Origin: Lama glama
Taxonomy: Eukaryota
Assembly (NCBI GenBank): GCA_028534125.1
Contig: CM052816.1
Span: 1,240,001-1,304,000, forward strand
DNA: 64,000 bases
Direction: 5' to 3'
Numbering within the stretch: the first letter of the stretch is position 1; the number at the start of each line of letters is the position of its first letter. Below, piece by piece: positions 12,565-24,932 of this stretch. Both the position numbers and the translations under genes were made by a program. A model generated the notes under the pieces. It searched no databases and was not told where the DNA came from. It worked only from the letters and a program-made list of their open reading frames with translations.

Positions 12565-14214
12565 AAGTGCTTTCCTGCAGATCCCCAGCTCCATTGAGAG
12601 AGAGCACAGAAAAGGCTTGGCCATTTCTTTCCACCCAAAACAATATCCCAAAGCCTTACACCCACTGAATGTCCTCCGAAACCCCTCAGAGCTCCCCCCT
12701 CCCCAGTTGTATAAGTTTATAGCGACTCAGTTTTTTACCTCCTAGAAAGATGTATGTCTGTGTGTCTCCAGAGTAGGGGTGAGGATGGAAAAAGGCACCA
12801 TGCTCTCCTTAACCCAATTCTTCCCAGGTGAACATTGGCCTTACTATACTTCCCTCCTACCCTGCAACGCAGCCCTGAGTATTGAGGAAGGAGGGAAAAA
12901 GGTCTTGAATTTTTAAATCAACTCTTTTTTCCCAAATAACTTCTGGCAGCCACAGCCTAAAGAATCATCCATTTATACATTTATTTAACTAACCTTTATT
13001 AAGCATCTCCATGTGCCTGGGACTATGTTAAATGCTTTATACATCAATTACATGTTTTATATCTTTTTCATCGTCACAACTCTATGAGATAATGTTATTA
13101 CACCTATTTTACAGATGAGGAAATTAAGGCACAGGGTAGGAAAGTCTGGGGTTGGCTCTCTGCAAAACCTTAAGACCAGCGGGCATGAAATCCCAGCTTA
13201 AGTCCAGCCACACTGTAGACAGAGCCCCTTGGATGCTCCTCAGGCATCTCATACTCAGCAGGCCCAGGGAACTCCTCTCTCATCCTCCCAGCCCCCACCC
13301 CTCCATTTGCCTGTCCTAGCTGTCAGAACCCTGGCCTCTGCTCTGCCCCCCACTCCCAGATCTAATCAATCACCCTAGCCCTCCTTATCTTTGGAAACTC
13401 CACCAAAGCAGCCTCCAGGCATCTACTCCCAGCCCACCACATCCTTCTTCCAGACATCAAGCTTTCTAAATGCAAATCTTCACAACACACATCCTGCAGT
13501 GGTTCTCCAGTGTCTTGGGGATAAAGTCCAGCCACTTCTTAAATCTCCAGTTCCACCTGGCTCCTCCCAGAGCTGAAGTTCTGGTCCCGGCTGTTGCTGG
13601 AATTGGAGATTTCTTATACCTCTGGGCCTCTACGTGGGCTGCTCCTGGCTCGTCTCTCTGCCTGGACAATGTTTATTTGGCTTATAGAACTCAGCCCAGC
13701 CCTGAGGACAAGGTGATGCCATGACACCCAATGCCCATCCCTATCCTGTTGGAATTGCTGTCTGTCTGTCCTGTTCCCCAAGTAGAAGGGAAGCTGCACA
13801 GCCCTGGAAGCTCAGTGGTCTCGTAAGCAAGGCTCTGGCAGACACAGCAGGCTCTCATACTGCATGTGTTCTCTGACGGAATGAACAGATGAGCAAGTGG
13901 AAGGATCAATCTGGATGCCAGGCGGACAGGCAGGCACATACACACACTTGTCCTAAAGCGGCGGCCCTCACACTCACGCAGTGGAGTGGCCCAGGGCCTT
14001 GGCGATGAAACGGGTTTGCATGCTGATTCGGGCAATATCTGTGTGTGTGACGTGAGGTGGGCTCACTGTGCCTTGGGTCTTCTCTTCCACTTGTAAAATA
14101 GGACGATAATGTCATCTTCAAGTGCTTAAAATAAAAAGCATGACCATGAGAAGGGCTCTGCAGACAGTATTAGCAGATGGTGGTTCTGTCTATTTCTGCT
14201 GCTTGCAAGATGGC

Positions 14215-14420
14215 GTGATGACAAAGATGAGGATTTGGCGATCCGGCTGCCCCGGGTCCAAATATTGGCTCTTCCAAGTACTAGCTGTGTGATTTGGGGC
14301 AGACTACTCAACCACTGGGAGCCTCTGAGTTTTCCCATTTAGACTGGGATAATAATACCTACCTCCCAGGGTTGCTGTGAGAATAACATATGTAAAGCAC
14401 TTAGCTCTGGGCCTCAGTAA
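14215..14420. mobile_element. MIR SINE (representative; many more MIR/L2 remnants occur throughout)
   Basis: Core tactagctgtgtgatttgggg ... cctctgagttttcccat ... gggataataatacctacctc. Confidence 0.65.
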
Positions 14421-15277
14421 TGGTCGTCTGTATTTTTAGCCACAATTCCTGTGGTTCACTCAAGTCGTATAATGTAGTGTGATGGGTGGGAACCCTGGTT
14501 CTCCATGGGTGACTCAGACTTCTCTCTGCTGTTCGGTTGTCAGTCTGTACAAAGGGTCAGCTCAGCCAGCTCCCTCTGGCTCTGAAATGCCATGATCCTG
14601 AGTCCTGGTCTTTTTCGTCCCTGACACTACCTGGCACCCTATCCAAGGAAACTCACCATCCAGGGAAGGAGGAAATACCCCTTCTCTGTATCTCCAGCTC
14701 AGCACCCCTGGCCTTATCAAAGCTGGCTTACCCCATTACTCACCCCCTCTGGGGTCTCTGCTTTTCACTTCCAGCAGGTGCCAGCGGGTTAATCCGAGGC
14801 CCTAATGGAACCCACAGGAATTCAGTGATAGCTCACTAATGGGCCGCCCCATCTGCCTCCCTGTAACACAACACCTTCTCCCTGGTGAAAGGTACTCAGG
14901 GACTTCCTGTTGGCTCCAATCTGCTGGTTTCTGACATCTTGAGAGGCAGAAGGCTGGAGAGGGAAGGAGGTGGACTGGTAGAAGTGGGGACAGGGTGGGA
15001 GAGGCTCTGAGCCAGCAGTCAGCACAGCTGGGCTCCCATCCTAGCTCTGCCACTGCCCTGCTGTGTGAGCTGCACAAATCCAGTCCCCTCTCTGGGCCTC
15101 GGTCTCTTTGTTTACAGCAGGCTGGGCTGTAAAGGCTTTGCTGGAACTAGCATTTTGGAATTTTCAAGTCCTGTCACTTTTGCAGCTGAGGGGTGAGTGT
15201 CCTTTCAGCCTCATTCAACGTCCAAAAACTATGGAGCATTCAAGATAGCTAACATTTCCATTACTCCCCAAGAAGTG

Positions 15278-18200
15278 TAATTTTCAAATTCCCAATTTCG
15301 AATTCCCTTCCCACCCTCTTTACCCTCTGGTAACCATAAGTTTGTTCTCTATGTCTGTGAGTCTGTTTCTGTTTTGTAGATAAGTTCTTTTGTGTCCTTT
15401 TTTTTTAGATTCCACATATAAGCGACATCATATGACATTTTTCTTTCTCTTTCTGGCTTCACTTAGAATGACAGTCTCCAGGTCCATCCATGTTGCTGCA
15501 AATGGCCTTATTTTATTCTCTTTTTATGGCTGAGTAGTATTCCATTGTATAAATATACCACATCTTCTTTATCCAGCCATCTGTCGATGGACATTTGGGT
15601 TGTTTCCATGTCTTGGCTATTGTAAATAGTGCTGCTGTGAACATTAGGATGCATATGTCTTTTTGAATTATAATTTTCTCAGGATATATGCCCAGGAGTG
15701 GGATTTCTGGATCATACAGTAAGTCTATTTTTTGTTTGTTAAGGAATCTCCATACTGTCCTCCATAGTGGCTGCACAAATTTACATTCCCACCAACATTG
15801 TAGGAAGGTTCCTTTTCCTCCACACCCTCTCCAGCATTTATCATTTATAGGCTTTTTAGTGATGGCTATTCTGACTGGTGTCAGGTGATATCTCACTGTA
15901 GTTTTGATCTGCATTTCTCTAACAATTAGTGATGTTGAGCATCTTTTCATGTGTTTGTTGGCCTTCTGGATGTCTTTTTTGGAGAGATGTCTATTTAGGT
16001 ATTCTGCCCATTTTTTGATTGGGTTGCTTGTTTCTTTGATATTAAGGAGCATGAGCTGTTTGTATATTTTGGAAATTAGTCCCCTGTTGGTCGCATCATT
16101 TGCAAATATTTTCTCCCATTCTGTAGGTTGTCTTTTCTTTTTGTTGATGGTATCCTTAGCTGTGCAAAAGCTTTTAAGTTTAATTAGATCCCTTTTGTTT
16201 ATTTTTGCATTTATTTTCGTTACTCCAGGAGCTGGTTCAAAAAATACATTGCTGTGATTTATGTCTGTGAGTATTCGGCCTATGATTTCCTCTAGGAGTT
16301 TTATAGTATCTGGTCTTATATTTAAATCTTTAATTCATTTTGAGTTTATTTTTGTGTAAGGTGTTAGAGAATGCTCTAATTTCATTCTTTCACAGGTAAC
16401 TGTCCAGTTTCCCAGCACCACTTATTGAAGAGACTGTCTTTTCTCCATTGTACATTCTTGCCTCCTTTGTCATAGATTAATTGCCATAAATGCATGGATT
16501 CATTTCTGGACTTTCTATCCTGTTCCATTGATCTATGTGTCTGTTTTTTGTGCCGGTACCATACTGTTTTGATTACTGTAGCTTTGTAGTTTAGCCTGAA
16601 GTCAGGGAGCATGATTCCTCCAGCTCTGTTCTTCTTTTTCAAGATTGTTCTGGCTATTCGGGGTCTTTCGTGTTTCCATATAAAAATGTGAAAAATGTCT
16701 TTGGTAATTTGATAGGGATTGCATTGAATCTGAATGTTGCCTTGGCTAGTATGGCCATTTTAGCAATATTGATTCTTCCAATCCAAGAATACAGTATATC
16801 TTTCCATTTCTCTATGTCATCTTCAGTTTCTTTCATCAGTGTCTTACAGTTTTCAGAGCACAGGTCTTTTGTCTCCTTGGGTAGGTTTATTTACTCCTAG
16901 GTATTTTATTCTTTTTGGTGCGATGGTAAATGGTATCGTTTCCTTAATTTCTTTTTCTGCTATTTCATTGTTAGTGTATAGAAATGCAACTGATTTCTAT
17001 ATATTAATTGTGTATCCTGCAACTTTGCCAAATTCATCGATGAGCTCTAGTAGTTTTCTGGTCACTTCTTTAGGGTTTTCTATGTGTAGTATCATGCCGT
17101 CTGCAAACAGTGAGAGTCTTACTTCTTTTCCGATTTGGATTCCTTTTATCTTTTTCTTCTCTGCTGTGGCTAGGACTTCCAAAACTATGTTGAATAAAAG
17201 TGGTGAGAATGGGCATCCTTGTCTTGTTCCTGATCTTACAGGAAATACTTTCAGCTTTTCCCCATTAAGTATGATGTTAGCTGTGGGTTTGTCATATGTG
17301 GCCTTTAGTATGTTGAGGTATGTTCCGTCTGTGCCCACTTTCTGGAGAGTTTTTTGTCATAAATGAATGTTGAATTTTATCAAAAGCTTTCCCTGCATCT
17401 ATTGGTATGATCATGTGGTTTTTATTCCTCAATTTGTTAATGTGGTGTGTCACATTGATTGATTTATGGTTATTGAAAAAGTGTTGCGTCCCTGGGATAA
17501 ATTCCACTTGATCATGGTGTGTGATCCTTTTAAAGCATTGTTGGAGTTGATTCGCTAGTGTTTTGTTGAGGATTTCTGCATCTATATTCATAAGTGGTAA
17601 TGGCCTGTGATTTTCTTTTTTTGTGATATCTTTGTCTGATTTTGGTATCAGGGTGATGATGGCCTCATAGAGTGAGTTTGGAAGTGTTCCTTCCTCTGTG
17701 ATTTTTTGGAATAGTTTCAGAAGGATAGGTGTTAACTCTTCTCTAAATGTTTGGTAGAGTTCACCTGTGAAACCATCTGGTCCTGGACTTTTGTTTATTG
17801 GGTTTTAAATTACTGATTCAATTTCAGTGCTGGTAAGTGGTCTATTCATATTGTCCATTTCTTCTGGGTTCAGTCTTGACAAATTGTATTTTTCTAAGAA
17901 ATTGTCCATTTCTTCTACATTGTCCTTTTTGTTGGTGTATAGTTGTTCATAGTAGCCTCATGATCCTTTGTATTTCTGTATTGTCAGTTGTGACTTCTTT
18001 TTCATTTCTGATTTTCTTAATCTGGGCCCTCACCCTTTTTTTCTTGATGAATCTGACTAAAAGTTTATCGAAGAACCAGCTTTTAGTTTCATTGACCTTT
18101 TCTATTGTTTTTTTCAGTCCTTATTTTATTTATTTCTGCTCTAATCTTTATGATTTCTTCTACTAACTTAGGGTCTTGTTTGTTCTTCTTTCTCTAGCTG

Positions 18201-18624
18201 CTTTAGATATAAAGTTACGTTGTTTCCTTGAGATTTTTCTTCTTTCCTGAGGTAGGCTTGTATCGCTATAAACTTCCCCCTGAGAACTGCTTTTGCTGCG
18301 TCCCAGAGATTTTGGATTGTTGTGTTTTCATTTTCATTTGTCTCAAGGTATTTTTTGATTTCCTCTTTGATTTCTTCAGCGATCCATTGTTTGTTTAGTA
18401 GCATATTATTTAGCCTCCACGTGTTTGCAGGTTTTTTCTTGTCATTGACGTCTAATCTTACAGTGTTGTTGTCTGAAAAGATGCTTGATATGATTTCAGT
18501 TTTTTTTTTTTAATTTACCAAGATTTGTTTCATGGCCTAGCATGTGATCTGTCCTGGAGAGTGGACATGTTCCATGTCCGTGTGCACTTGCAAAGAATGT
18601 TTATTCTGCTGCTTTTGACTGGAA
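15278..18624 (-). mobile_element. Decayed LINE-1 fragment: ORF2 (end of EN, RT, C-terminal domain) plus partial 3'UTR, no poly(A)
   Basis: ORF pieces [26 protein letters not shown]...SLFADGMI (FADD motif mutated), [18 protein letters not shown] and HMKRCSTSL...CWRGC...CWWEC...MEYYSAIK; many frameshifts. Confidence 0.97.
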
Positions 18625-18635
18625 CTTGAAAATTA

Positions 18636-18756
18636 GGGGTGGGGGAGATGTAATTTGATTGATTGATTGATTGACTTTAATGGAAGTACTGGGGATTGAA
18701 CCCAGGACGTCGCGCATGCTAAGCATGTGCTCTACCGCTGAGCTACACCCTCCCAC
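18636..18756 (-). mobile_element. vic-1-like SINE lacking terminal poly(A) and TSD, abutting the L1
   Basis: gtactggggattgaacccagg ... ctaccgctgagctac; internal (GATT)n. Confidence 0.88.
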
Positions 18757-19299
18757 CAAAAATGGCCTTTTAGAAGAGGAGGAAGATGAGTGTGGCTGGA
18801 GCACAGTGAGCAGGGAGGGCAGTGGGGCTGGAGGGAAGGACTGGAGCAGATCAGCCTAGAGGTCTTTCCTCAGGAAGGCAGACCCCTCCCCCAGGTCTGG
18901 GTGCGTGCTCCCCGCTCCTTCCCTGTCATTGCAGCTGTCACACTGCATCGTCATCGCCTGCTCATTCCTCTGACTCCCCACCCAGATCACGATTTCCTAA
19001 GGACAGAGACCACCTCCAGTAAGTGCTGGGCCTTCTATCCTTGACTGATAGCATAAAGCAAGGTACACGTCATCCACGGAGCTGCCAAACACGGTCTCTC
19101 CAGTCTGCCGTGTCTCAGGAAACAGCACCCCCATCCATCCAGCAGTTCAGAGAAGAACCCCCCAGAATCATCATGGATGCCTTGACTTCAATTTCTCAGG
19201 AACAGACCTGTCGTCTCTACTTCTTGAACCATCCCACACCTGCCATGGTCACCTCCCTGGCCCAGGTCTCCGTGAGAACTGCTCAGCTGCTCCCTCTTC

Positions 19300-19920
19300 T
19301 ACTCCCTCAACACACCACTCCCTGCTTAAAATGTTGACAGCTAATTTTTATTTTTTTATCGGAGACTGAAAAGCAAAACAAAAACAATAGCACAGTCACT
19401 TCCCACTGTGCTTAAAATAAAACCTTTATCCTGGCCTACACATCCTTACTGAGCTGGCCTTGTCTGGGTCTCAAGCTCAGCTCCAACACGCTCCTTTTTG
19501 CTCCTCTAGCCACGCTGGCCCCCCTCTCTTCTTTTTCTGATTCATACATACTCCAAGGTTCACTCCTGCCTCAGGACCTTTACATGCGCCTAGGCCCTTT
19601 GCCTAAAATGCTGTTACCCCCAGATTTTCACCTGGCTGTGTCCTCTTCATCCCGACTCATCTCCAGTGTCACCTCCTTGGTGGGGCCTTGGAGCCTGCCC
19701 ACCCTCACCATCATTACTTGCCATTACTTGCCATCCTATGTCCAGCATCTCTACCTGCTGTTTCCTTGTTTGTCCGTTCAGATATTTGTTTATTGCCAGT
19801 CTTATCTCCCTTGAAGTTATGCTACATGAGAGCAGGGTTTATTTACGTCACTCAGAGCTGTAGCCCCAGAACCTGGCCTGTGGTAGGCCCTCAGTTATTC
19901 CTTCTTGAATGAAAGAATGA
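19300..19920. mobile_element. L2 LINE remnant
   Basis: cctgcctcaggacctttacat ... ttgaatgaaagaatga, typical of an L2 3' end. Confidence 0.55.
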
Positions 19921-20369
19921 CTTGATCTCCTCCATGTGCCACGCTCCATTCTCAGCACTTTAAGTGTATTATCTGACTGCATCTCCCAGCGGCAACCCGG
20001 AGAGAGAAGCCGCAGCTTAGAGAGGTGAAGTGACGTGCCCAAGGTCATGTAGCGAGGAAGGGATGGAGCCTGGATTCAAATCAGCCAGCCCCTCAAGACC
20101 ACACGAGCAGTTTAACAAAGGGCTGATCCTCAGAGCAAACCCTCATGCTGCATGAGTGAATGAAGAAATTACAAACACCTGGACCGAGTGGCATGGCTGA
20201 ATGACAACGTTTCCAGCTTCAAGAGCTGGCAGTCTTCATCTTCTTGACTCTCTGTTGTTGGAGTGGAGAAAGAGCAGAGGGCTCTCACTGACTGAGGGAC
20301 TCTGCTCTGCCAGGTGCTCTACCCAGTCACCCTGGTGGTTATCTGCTCTGTCCAGAGACTGGCATGTCA

Positions 20370-21300
20370 CCCTGGGCGGCGGGGGAGGGGCCCCAGGGAG
20401 CATCCTGGTAGCTGGAGGCGCTCCCAGGGCGGCTCTGCTATCTTGCGAGAGCCTCGTCTCTGGCTGGCTGCCCACCCGCCTGCCAGCCGGAGCTCCCTGG
20501 CTCATCAATCATGCGGCTGCGCTCTACCAGGCTGGATCTCAGAGGAAGACAAGTCAGCCGAAGATGGAATGGGCCGCAGGCTCAGGAGGAAATCGAAGAC
20601 ACTGGGAGGTGGGGTGAGGGGAGAGGCCCAGAGAGACAGCTGAGGACGAGGTCGATGCCCCCTCTGCTAAGGAGGGTCGATCTTGGGGAGGAGGCAGGGG
20701 CAGGGTTCCCACTGGAAAAGCAGTGGGGTGAGCAGAAGAGGTGGAGAAAATGGCTGGTGTGGGCGGGGGTGGTTTCCCATTGCAACGGAAATTCAGTCTT
20801 CCCTGGTGCCCTGGCTGCCTCCCGCAGCCCCGGGGAGCGGGCTGACAGCTCTGGGGAGGCGGGCAGCGCCTGGCGGTTGAGTGACTGATTTACCGCAGGC
20901 TCGGCTGCCCCCCAGCCCTGCTGTGGCCCCCGGTGGCCTGGCTTCCCGGTACCCCCGTCTCCCCAGCCCCGTGGGGAGGCGGGCGGCGGGAGAGGCTGCG
21001 GCGGCTCGGTCTTCCCCACCCCTCTCCTTTCTCAGATCTGAGTCTCCTGGGACTGGAATTGCGCTGTCTCCCTGGAGAGGCTCTGCGGAAAGTCAGGAAG
21101 TCTGTGCCGAGGACTCCTTGGAGATCTCCAAGTCCATAGAGGCAAATCCGCAGACTTTTGTTGTTTTGCTTTTCAGTCTACATAGTTTAAAAAAAAAATC
21201 CAATTTCTTGCTGCTATTTAAAAAATCCAACGATCTGGCAACTCTGAGTTGGCTTTCCCAGAGCTGAGCTCCCCACACCGCCTACACCCCTCTGTGGTAC
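20370..21300. promoter_or_regulatory. CpG island-like candidate promoter / first exon
   Basis: GC- and CpG-rich, repeat-free unique sequence with GC boxes, bordered by an AT-rich element (ctatttaaaaaa) near 21214. Confidence 0.55.
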
Positions 21301-21657
21301 TGAGCACAGCCCCGTGGCTTGGAGGTTTCCACCCCTCGCCTATTCCCAACCCCCGACAGGGGAAGGTGAGGCCCACAATGGGTCCCAGGAGGGACGGTTA
21401 GCCCAGGGACACAGAGGTCTCCTAGTCTCATGTCCCAGGGCAGCCTTCTGTGAGGTGTGATCTAGGCAAGTAACCGAAGAACCCCTCAGAACTTCTGTTT
21501 ACTCATTTATCAAAGGGAGATAATCACAGTGAACTTGTGAGGACTGAATGAGATACAAGCACATTTAGCTTTTAGGACCATCCCTGTATGTTTACCAGGA
21601 AGATTCTCTTAGTTTTGAGTAGGTAATATGTGTGATAATATATACATTCCAGTTAAT

Positions 21658-21660
<3 letters not shown>

Positions 21661-21697
<37 letters not shown>
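21661..21697. repeat. (CA)n microsatellite
   Basis: Perfect CA run of about 18 units. Confidence 0.97.
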
Positions 21698-21698
<1 letters not shown>

Positions 21699-21701
<3 letters not shown>

Positions 21702-22152
21702 CTACGCCAAAACTCAGTGGCTTGAAACAACAGTATATTATTGTCCCTTGCAGTTCTGTGGCTGACTTGGTTCATATGAGCACATGGCAGCTGAGCGCGG
21801 TCATCTGAATGCTTGACTGGGGCTGAACTTGCAAGATGGCTCATTCAGATGACTACATATGATGTTAGCTGGAGCTCAGGTGGGACTGGGGACCACAGTG
21901 CCTACAGCGGGGCACTCCGTGTGGCTTAGACTTCTCGCAGCATGGAGGCTGGTTTCTGAAAGAAGAAAGTGTCTTAGGTGTCACTACATGACCTTTGATG
22001 ACCTAGCCTTAAAAGCATCACTTTTCATAGCATCGCTTCCACCATCCTCCATTGGTCTAAGCAGATGTAAGCCCGCTCAGATGGAACAGCATGGGACACA
22101 GAAGCCCCCACCTCTCAAGAGAATTTAGGGCCACGTTTTTTTAAATCACCAC
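21699..22152. mobile_element. MLT1-like MaLR LTR
   Basis: ccaaaactcagtggcttgaaacaaca ... caagatggctcattca ... ttttaaatcaccaca. Confidence 0.65.
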
Positions 22153-23141
22153 AACATATATGTAAACTGAAAAACAAGTCTCATTTCTACCCCACTCCCC
22201 TAGGGCTGAATTACCCTCCCTCACAGCAACACTACTAGCCAGTTTTCTGTATTCCTTCCAAAAGAGGGTCCACACATGCACAGGTGTGAGAATTTTGCAT
22301 ATACAGATATCCCTGCTATCTACCCTGGTTTTCCAAACACTGTTCCAATTCAGGAACCACATGGATTCAGGTAGCCTCTTGGATGAACAATTTGCTAGCA
22401 AACTCTTGCAGTTTGCTATCTGAAATGAAATCTAGGAGTCAGAGATTCCCATAAGGTAGCATCCGTTGCTTTGAAGCCCTACTGTCTGAATTCAGAAACC
22501 AGGTAGATGTGGCTAGCCAGAGACACGTGTATAAATACACACAAAACGTTTCTTCCCTGCTCCCCACCGAACCAAACATGAGCGTACTGGACATGCTGCT
22601 CTGCGCCTTGCATTTTTCTCTTAATAATTTGTCTCGAAGAGCAGCCTGTTTCAGCACATAGAGATGTCTCTTTCCTGGTGGGTGCACAGAGCATTCCATT
22701 GTTCAAGTGCACCAGGATCTGCTTAAGCAAATCACCTCCTATTGGCTACTTTTTCACCCCTAGTCTTCTGTGAATCATAACCCACACCACAGTGAATAGC
22801 CTTGCCCAGGAGCCTTTATGCACTTGTGTAAGATTATCTGCATGATAAATCCCTAGAGGCAGAATTCTGGTCCAAGGGAAACGTTCCCACGAGCATCTCT
22901 CCGCCATCCTGGCAGGACAGGCTCAGACTCCGCATCTCTTGGGTTCTGGCCTGGACCTTTGGCCCTTGCCCGTGCTGTCGCCTGTGGGATCCTGCGTCCC
23001 AGCTGCTCACCAAGGTTGTATCAGAGCCCGCAGGGGTGAGGAGAATATCGGAACCCTGCAGGGACAGAGATGATGGCCTTTGCAAAACGAGGGTGTGGGG
23101 AGCTGGGGGACAACTCACCCCACTTATTTGCCTCCGGTTTT

Positions 23142-23164
23142 GCAGCAGCAGCAGCAGCAGCAGC
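23142..23164. repeat. (CAG)n short repeat
   Basis: About 7 GCA units; no supporting coding exon. Confidence 0.85.
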
Positions 23165-23502
23165 TGCGTCTATTTCTCTCCGACCCCAAAGCGGTGGCTG
23201 GGGAGCTTCGGGCTGCTTTCACTCCCTCTCAAGAGAAACACAGTGCTTGCTTCTTGTGGCAGCTCTGCACCCAGCTGTTTAGAGCCATCTGTAGAAGCTT
23301 CCAGATGTTCAGAGGCCCAGAGGAGGAGGCACCATCAGGAGCCCCAACTGCCTGTTCCCAGCCTTTCACTGTCCCAGAATGCCCATAACTGCTCTTGCAC
23401 CGGACACAATATTAAACCAGGAGTCAGGGACCTAAATTCCTGTTTATGGGCACAGTTGCCTTTATGTGCCCTGCATTTTGATGGGGAGGCTGTGACGCAC
23501 AG

Positions 23503-23946
23503 TGGGTATGCAGGTCATTTACTGTTTATCCTCAGAGCCATGCCCTGTCTTTCTCCTGCTGGGCTCTCATCTGGGGGAGTTGAACTACATTTCCCAGGCT
23601 CCCCTGCCCACTGGCTTCCTGTTAAGTTTGGCCAACGGGAGGCACTGGCAGATTAGAGAGCAGGGGGTGGGGAGAAGTCGGGATGTATCCCTCACACCAC
23701 CGCTCCTGCCGCCTCTGGCAGTGACTCCAGAGGATGGCTCCTGACTCCGGTGTCCTAGCTCCTACCACGTGGCCAAAGTCCCTGGGTAGTGATGTCCTTC
23801 CCACAGTTGTCAGTCTCCAGGTTGCCCCACTTTGCCTTGGTTTTCATCTCTTCTAGCCCCTGTCTAACTAGTTGCCCATATTAAATTCCTACTCCTGAGC
23901 TCTGTGGCGTGAGTTTTGGTTTCCTGCCTGGACCACTACTGATGCA
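23503..23946. mobile_element. ERVL LTR33-like remnant
   Basis: ctacatttcccaggctcccctgcc ... tttggccaacgggaggcactggcag ... ttcctgcctggacc...actgatgca. Confidence 0.5.
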
Positions 23947-24773
23947 ATGGGTGAGCATGTGGACTCAGGTCAAACCCTGTGAGATTCTGGGCAAGTTATT
24001 GACCTCTCCGTGCCTCGGTTTCTTCATCTGTAAAATGGGAATAATAATAATAATAGTACCTATCTCCTTAGCTTACTGTGGAGGTCAGTTGGACTCATAG
24101 TTTGTAAAGTGCTTAGAACAATGCCTGGAATATATCAAGCATAGTACCAAGCTTAGGTTTATTCATCTTTTTTCATTTAGTCCTCACAACTTCTCTGAGA
24201 GGCAGGGGCTGTTATTGTCCCAGTTTGATAGACAAGGAAACAGAAGCACAGAAAGATAAGGTGACTAAAGTCACGCAGCTGTAGCAACAGGATTCAGACC
24301 AAGTCAGTGGGACTCCAGCATGCAGCCGCCCCACCATGCAGCCCCCCCAGATCACATGCGGTGGGCAGGCTAGGACCTTGGTTGGGCTGCCGCAGCTCCG
24401 GTGTACCTGGGGGCACTGGGTGTTTGGCCTGCCTGTCACCATTTCCTCACCTGCAGCCCATCCTTGCAAATGGGAAGCCAACACAGCCAGCATCCTGCTC
24501 CCCAGGCCAGAAGGAAATGGGTGAGACTGTGTCCTGGATGGGAAGAGGGGATGGAGAAGGAGCTTAAGACCACTTTCCCCTTCCTTATTGGTCGCTGAGC
24601 TCTTCCTGTGGTGGTAGATAATTGTGCTCAGGGTTTTACGTGCCAAATGGCTTAAGAGTCTTGGAGCTACACGTAAAGGAAACCCAACTAGATTGACTTA
24701 GGGCAAATGTGAATGAATTTGTTCTGCAAACTGGGAAGTCCAGGAGTGGATTTGGCTTTAAGCAATGCATCTT

Positions 24774-24932
24774 TTTTAATTAAAAAAAATTTTTTTTTGG
24801 CAGGGGATAGGTAATTAGGTTTATTTATTTTTATTTTATTTTATTTTACTTTAATAGAGGTACTGGGGATTGAACCAAGGACCTCCTGCCTGCTAAGCAC
24901 ACACTCTACCACTGAGCTATCCCCTCCCCGAC
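24774..24932 (-). mobile_element. vic-1-like SINE, long-tail form
   Basis: TSD aagca(a/g)tgcatctt at 24760-24773 and 24933-24946. Confidence 0.93.

Noticed and set aside
15513..18404. ORFs with reverse-transcriptase-like motifs as a novel RT system
   Set aside because: Ordinary frameshifted LINE-1 ORF2 with a mutated catalytic motif.
23036..23656. 206-aa ORF / polyQ ORF over the CAG repeat
   Set aside because: No recognisable domain or convincing splice context; it runs into an LTR remnant.
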